A stretch of DNA of 64,000 nucleotides. Origin: Candidatus Methanoperedenaceae archaeon. Its GTDB lineage: Archaea; Halobacteriota; Methanosarcinia; Methanosarcinales; Methanoperedenaceae. The position numbers were made by a program, and so were the translations under genes. Numbering within the stretch: the first letter of the stretch is position 1; each line of letters begins with the position of its first letter. Positions 60,555 to 64,000 of this stretch are shown in pieces. The notes under the pieces were generated by a model. It saw only the letters and a list, made by a program, of their open reading frames with translations, was not told the DNA's origin and made no database searches. The DNA is taken from positions 32,001 through 96,000 of the forward strand of contig CAVWCX010000007.1 in the NCBI GenBank assembly GCA_963753595.1, given 5' to 3'.

Positions 60555-61964
60555 ATGGCAGATTATGATGTAATTATAGTTGGAGGAGGAATAAGCGGGT
60601 TATTATCAGCCCTGACTCTTTCAAAGCATGGGAAGAAAGTGCTTGTAATTGAAAAGGATGATGCCGTAGGGGGCAATTGCAACAGTTACATGGTTGATGG
60701 TTTCCAGGTAGATACCGGCCCTCATGCGATCACCCACCTGAGGGAAGGCCCACTGCGCCGGTTGATGGATGAATATTTCACATATTTGCCTTTTTTTGTG
60801 GATTACGGGCACTATTATGTGCGTACAGAAAAAGGTCTTACGAAAATCCCTTCAAATATAAAAGATTTCGTTACTTTTGATGTACTTCCGAGAAAAGACA
60901 GGCTCATGCTTTCACAGGCATTAACAAAAGCTCTGACACAGATGACCTTCGGGATGCTGGATGGTGATCAGCCTGTTTACGATTACCTTCCTAAAGGACT
61001 TTCCGGGGATACATATGATTTTGTCAATGCGATCGCATATTTCCTTTCCGGGAAATCCATGAAAGACACCTCCGTAAACCGTGTATTATATGGGAGCAGT
61101 TTTGTGAGGGACAGTGTTTCCCCTGATATTTTTGAGGACGTTGAGGAAGCATCAGGTACATCTTATGCTTCAATGATAAGCGACAAAATATCAAAATACC
61201 AGTTAAAAGGCCATCTTACTTCATTAAGCAGGCTTGCCACCAATAAAGTATCTTATGCGCAGGCTTATCCTCGCGGAGGATTGAGGTCAGTATTAAAAGC
61301 TGTATTATATTCGATGCCGGAAACAGTGCAAATAAAAACAGGTTCAAGAGTAAATAGTATATTGACCGACGGTGAAAAAGCGATAGGTGTTGCTAATGAT
61401 GCTGGTTCATATACTTCGGATATGGTCGTTTATACGGGTTTTGTAAAAAGCCTGCCTTCACTTGTCGAATTACCATCAGATTATATAAAGAAACTTTCAA
61501 CTATAGACCAGACGCTGAGCCTCACTATATGGCTGGGATTAAAGGAAAAAATGAAAGAATTTGATTATACAGGCTCCGAGGTCTGGTTCAAGGGCGGTGC
61601 ATACTGGGCGATGCCAATTAGTAATTACGATGCGAGCATTGCGCCAAAAGGTAAGCAGCTAGTGGGATTTACATTTGTAATTGATGATAAAAATAATATC
61701 GAAAGTGAGAAGAAAAAGGCGCTGGAATTGATCTTCAGGGCGGTACCCGGCATAGAAAATAACATCGAAATGACCCATTACCAGGTTACAATACCCGAAA
61801 AAGCCGCAGTGACCATTAACGGATTTTTTGCAGGGACACGGTCACCGGTCAGGAATCTCTATCTGGCGGGAACTGACACCGATAGCCGCAGCATGGGAGT
61901 AACAAGGGCCGCATATTCAGTTCTTGAGATGCTAAAAGCCATGAAAGAGGACAAGAACCTCTGA
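60555..61964 (+). CDS. FAD-dependent oxidoreductase (phytoene dehydrogenase-like)
   Basis: IVGGGISGL Rossmann motif, VDTGPH, YPRGG, NLYLAG. Confidence 0.85.
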   Translation: MADYDVIIVGGGISGLLSALTLSKHGKKVLVIEKDDAVGGNCNSYMVDGFQVDTGPHAITHLREGPLRRLMDEYFTYLPFFVDYGHYYVRTEKGLTKIPSNIKDFVTFDVLPRKDRLMLSQALTKALTQMTFGMLDGDQPVYDYLPKGLSGDTYDFVNAIAYFLSGKSMKDTSVNRVLYGSSFVRDSVSPDIFEDVEEASGTSYASMISDKISKYQLKGHLTSLSRLATNKVSYAQAYPRGGLRSVLKAVLYSMPETVQIKTGSRVNSILTDGEKAIGVANDAGSYTSDMVVYTGFVKSLPSLVELPSDYIKKLSTIDQTLSLTIWLGLKEKMKEFDYTGSEVWFKGGAYWAMPISNYDASIAPKGKQLVGFTFVIDDKNNIESEKKKALELIFRAVPGIENNIEMTHYQVTIPEKAAVTINGFFAGTRSPVRNLYLAGTDTDSRSMGVTRAAYSVLEMLKAMKEDKNL

Positions 61965-61976
61965 ACATTTTTTTAT

Positions 61977-62294
61977 TTATTTTTTCCTATTCTTCATATA
62001 ATCCGAAAAACCTGAATTCAGGACAAAAACAATTCCAATAGTAAAAATCAAAAAACCCAGCAATTTCGTATTAGATAAGTTCTCTTTCAAAATAAGTAAA
62101 ACTCCAGTATGCAGTACCAAAAGTCCCAGTATTATCGATGTGATCTCTTTGAATTTCGGAAATAATACAAAAAATATCACGCCTGAGAGCCAGGTACCAA
62201 TACCAAGGTATTGTAAAGGAATATTCCCGGAATAAAATCCTGGAAAGAAAAAAATAGAACCAAGTACTGTTAAAAGTGCAATTTTTTTATTCAT
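61977..62294 (-). CDS. Hypothetical small membrane protein
   Basis: 105 aa, about 4 TM segments, downstream of speA. Confidence 0.65.
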   Translation of the reverse strand: MNKKIALLTVLGSIFFFPGFYSGNIPLQYLGIGTWLSGVIFFVLFPKFKEITSIILGLLVLHTGVLLILKENLSNTKLLGFLIFTIGIVFVLNSGFSDYMKNRKK

Positions 62295-62318
62295 TTAATT
62301 GCTTTGATATCAGTTAAC

Positions 62319-64000
62319 CTATATATCAAGATATGTATACCTGTTCATGACATTCTTATAATTATTTATAATTTCTTCAGCTTCCGAGCTTGATAATCCG
62401 CACTCTTTTACAGCCTGGTTTACCTCGGATTCAAATGCTGATAGAAGATAATTATTATTATATTTTACGTATCCGAGGACATCGCAATTCCTGTCGCCAT
62501 TTACTATTTGTTTGATGTGCCATTGACCACTTTCATCAACAATGATATGTGCTTCATTTGCAGAGCCGAACAAATTGTGATAATCGCCAATCGTGTCCTG
62601 GTATGCGCCGATCAGGAGGACTGCAAGATAATACGAACCATTATTCAGCTCATGAAGTTCAAGAATTTCTTTTACATCCTTCAAATCCACGAATTTGTCG
62701 ATCTCACCATCGGAATCACATGTAATATCAACTATAGTACCATACTCTGTTGGTTTTTCATTGTTCCTGCCCACAGGAACGATCGGGAACAATTGTTTTA
62801 TTGCCCAGAAATCCGGAACTGACTGGAAAACTGAAAAATTACCAATATATTTCTTGGAGAGAAGCTTATTCAGGTCGTCGAAATCATCGGATTTGTTCTC
62901 CGTTTCTTTAGCAAAGCCGATCGCTTTTTCGCACAGCTGCCAGAAAAGGATCTCTCCCATTGATTTTTCCTCCAATTCGATCTCACCGAGATTGAACAGT
63001 GAAAGAAGTTCTTCACGGTGAAGCAGGGCATCATGATAAAATTCTACATAGTTTTTTATATTTATTTCTTTAAATGCATCATATAATTCCGTTATGATAT
63101 GAGGCTCATTTCCGTGAAGTTCAACAGGGTTAGTTAATCCTCCATTCTTATTTCCCTTGATATTGATAACAAGAACGGAATGATATGAGGAAATCGCACG
63201 GCCGCTTTCTGATATTATTATGGGATGAGTTACATTTTCTTCATCGCATACTTCTTTCAGTGAATAAACTACATTATTTGCATATTCCTGGATCGTGTAA
63301 TTAGCGCTTGCATCGGATGATGTCTTGCTGCCATCATAATCAATACCAAGACCTCCGCCGATATTGAAATATTTGATGTTTATATGCTTTAATTTTATTT
63401 TTGCATAAACTCTTGCCGCTTCCTTGACCGCTTTCTGGATCCTTCTTATTTCGGTTATCTGGGAGCCGATGTGGAAATGAAGCATCTGGAGCTGGTCGAG
63501 CATATTGTATTCACGGATGATCTTTATACATTCAAGTATCTCTGTGGTTGACAGGCCGAATTTTGCGGATTCTCCACCGGATTCAACCCATTTTCCGCTT
63601 CCCTTTGAGTAAAGTTTTGCACGGATTCCTATTATCGGTTTAATATTCATTTGTTTTGCGATCTCAAGAAGGCGTTTTGTTTCGCTGAACTCATCGATCA
63701 CTATGACAACTTTATTATTCAGTTTGATGGCATTCAAACCAAGACGCAGGTATTCATCATCCTTGAATCCATTACAGATCAGAAGCGCGTCGTTGCTCAG
63801 GTCAAATGACAGCGCAGCAAGAAGTTCCGCTTTCGTCCCTACCTCAAGGCCCATATTATATTTTTTACCTGATTTGACGATTTCTTCTATTACCTCTTTT
63901 CGCTGGTTCACTTTCATAGGGAATATTCCCTGGTAAGTGCTATTATATTTATATTCTGATATTGAATTTGAAAAAGCGCCGTTCAATGTTTTTATTTGTG
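62319..64000 (-). CDS. speA: Biosynthetic PLP-dependent arginine decarboxylase (5' end beyond window)
   Basis: PMKVNQ, CNGFKD, SGGE.AKFGL, HFHIGSQ, GGGLG.DYDG, ESGRA, NFSVFQS.PD.W, DITCDSDG. Confidence 0.93.
   Translation of the reverse strand, partial: QIKTLNGAFSNSISEYKYNSTYQGIFPMKVNQRKEVIEEIVKSGKKYNMGLEVGTKAELLAALSFDLSNDALLICNGFKDDEYLRLGLNAIKLNNKVVIVIDEFSETKRLLEIAKQMNIKPIIGIRAKLYSKGSGKWVESGGESAKFGLSTTEILECIKIIREYNMLDQLQMLHFHIGSQITEIRRIQKAVKEAARVYAKIKLKHINIKYFNIGGGLGIDYDGSKTSSDASANYTIQEYANNVVYSLKEVCDEENVTHPIIISESGRAISSYHSVLVINIKGNKNGGLTNPVELHGNEPHIITELYDAFKEINIKNYVEFYHDALLHREELLSLFNLGEIELEEKSMGEILFWQLCEKAIGFAKETENKSDDFDDLNKLLSKKYIGNFSVFQSVPDFWAIKQLFPIVPVGRNNEKPTEYGTIVDITCDSDGEIDKFVDLKDVKEILELHELNNGSYYLAVLLIGAYQDTIGDYHNLFGSANEAHIIVDESGQWHIKQIVNGDRNCDVLGYVKYNNNYLLSAFESEVNQAVKECGLSSSEAEEIINNYKNVMNRYTYLDI

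Noticed and set aside
1-64000. tRNA, rRNA, integrase or transposase genes
   Set aside because: None recognisable by eye; a tRNAscan-SE/Infernal run would be needed to exclude small RNAs

Overview
A 64 kb chromosomal window from a Methanosarcinales-type archaeon. The gene set (cdhABC, fwdGBD, mfnB, carS, PGF-CTERM surface proteins, many toxin-antitoxin pairs) suggests Ca. Methanoperedens/ANME-2d, but that assignment is inference. Most of the window is housekeeping or C1 metabolism: pyrE, carS, dCMP deaminase, queC, RPA, AMP phosphorylase, aroD, uvrB, gltX, rnhB, SAMP-moeA and a bacterial-type speA. I saw no rRNA, tRNA, CRISPR array, integrase or transposase. Notable observations: (1) a diverged 291-bp second copy of the gltX 3' end, with each copy followed by a different toxin-antitoxin pair; (2) a putative three-small-ORF operon near 38 kb: an Ile/ATA-run peptide, an acidic 33-aa peptide and a 10-Cys 62-aa protein; (3) a histidine kinase/receiver/MetOD1-like cluster with two KaiC-like ATPases; (4) two unrelated-sequence palindromes with identical 3x(9-nt period) architecture; (5) a uvrB whose conserved N-terminus has no ATG/GTG/TTG start; (6) single-base frameshifts in thg1 and an Agl23-like gene. 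Family calls come from motif recognition, not database searches.
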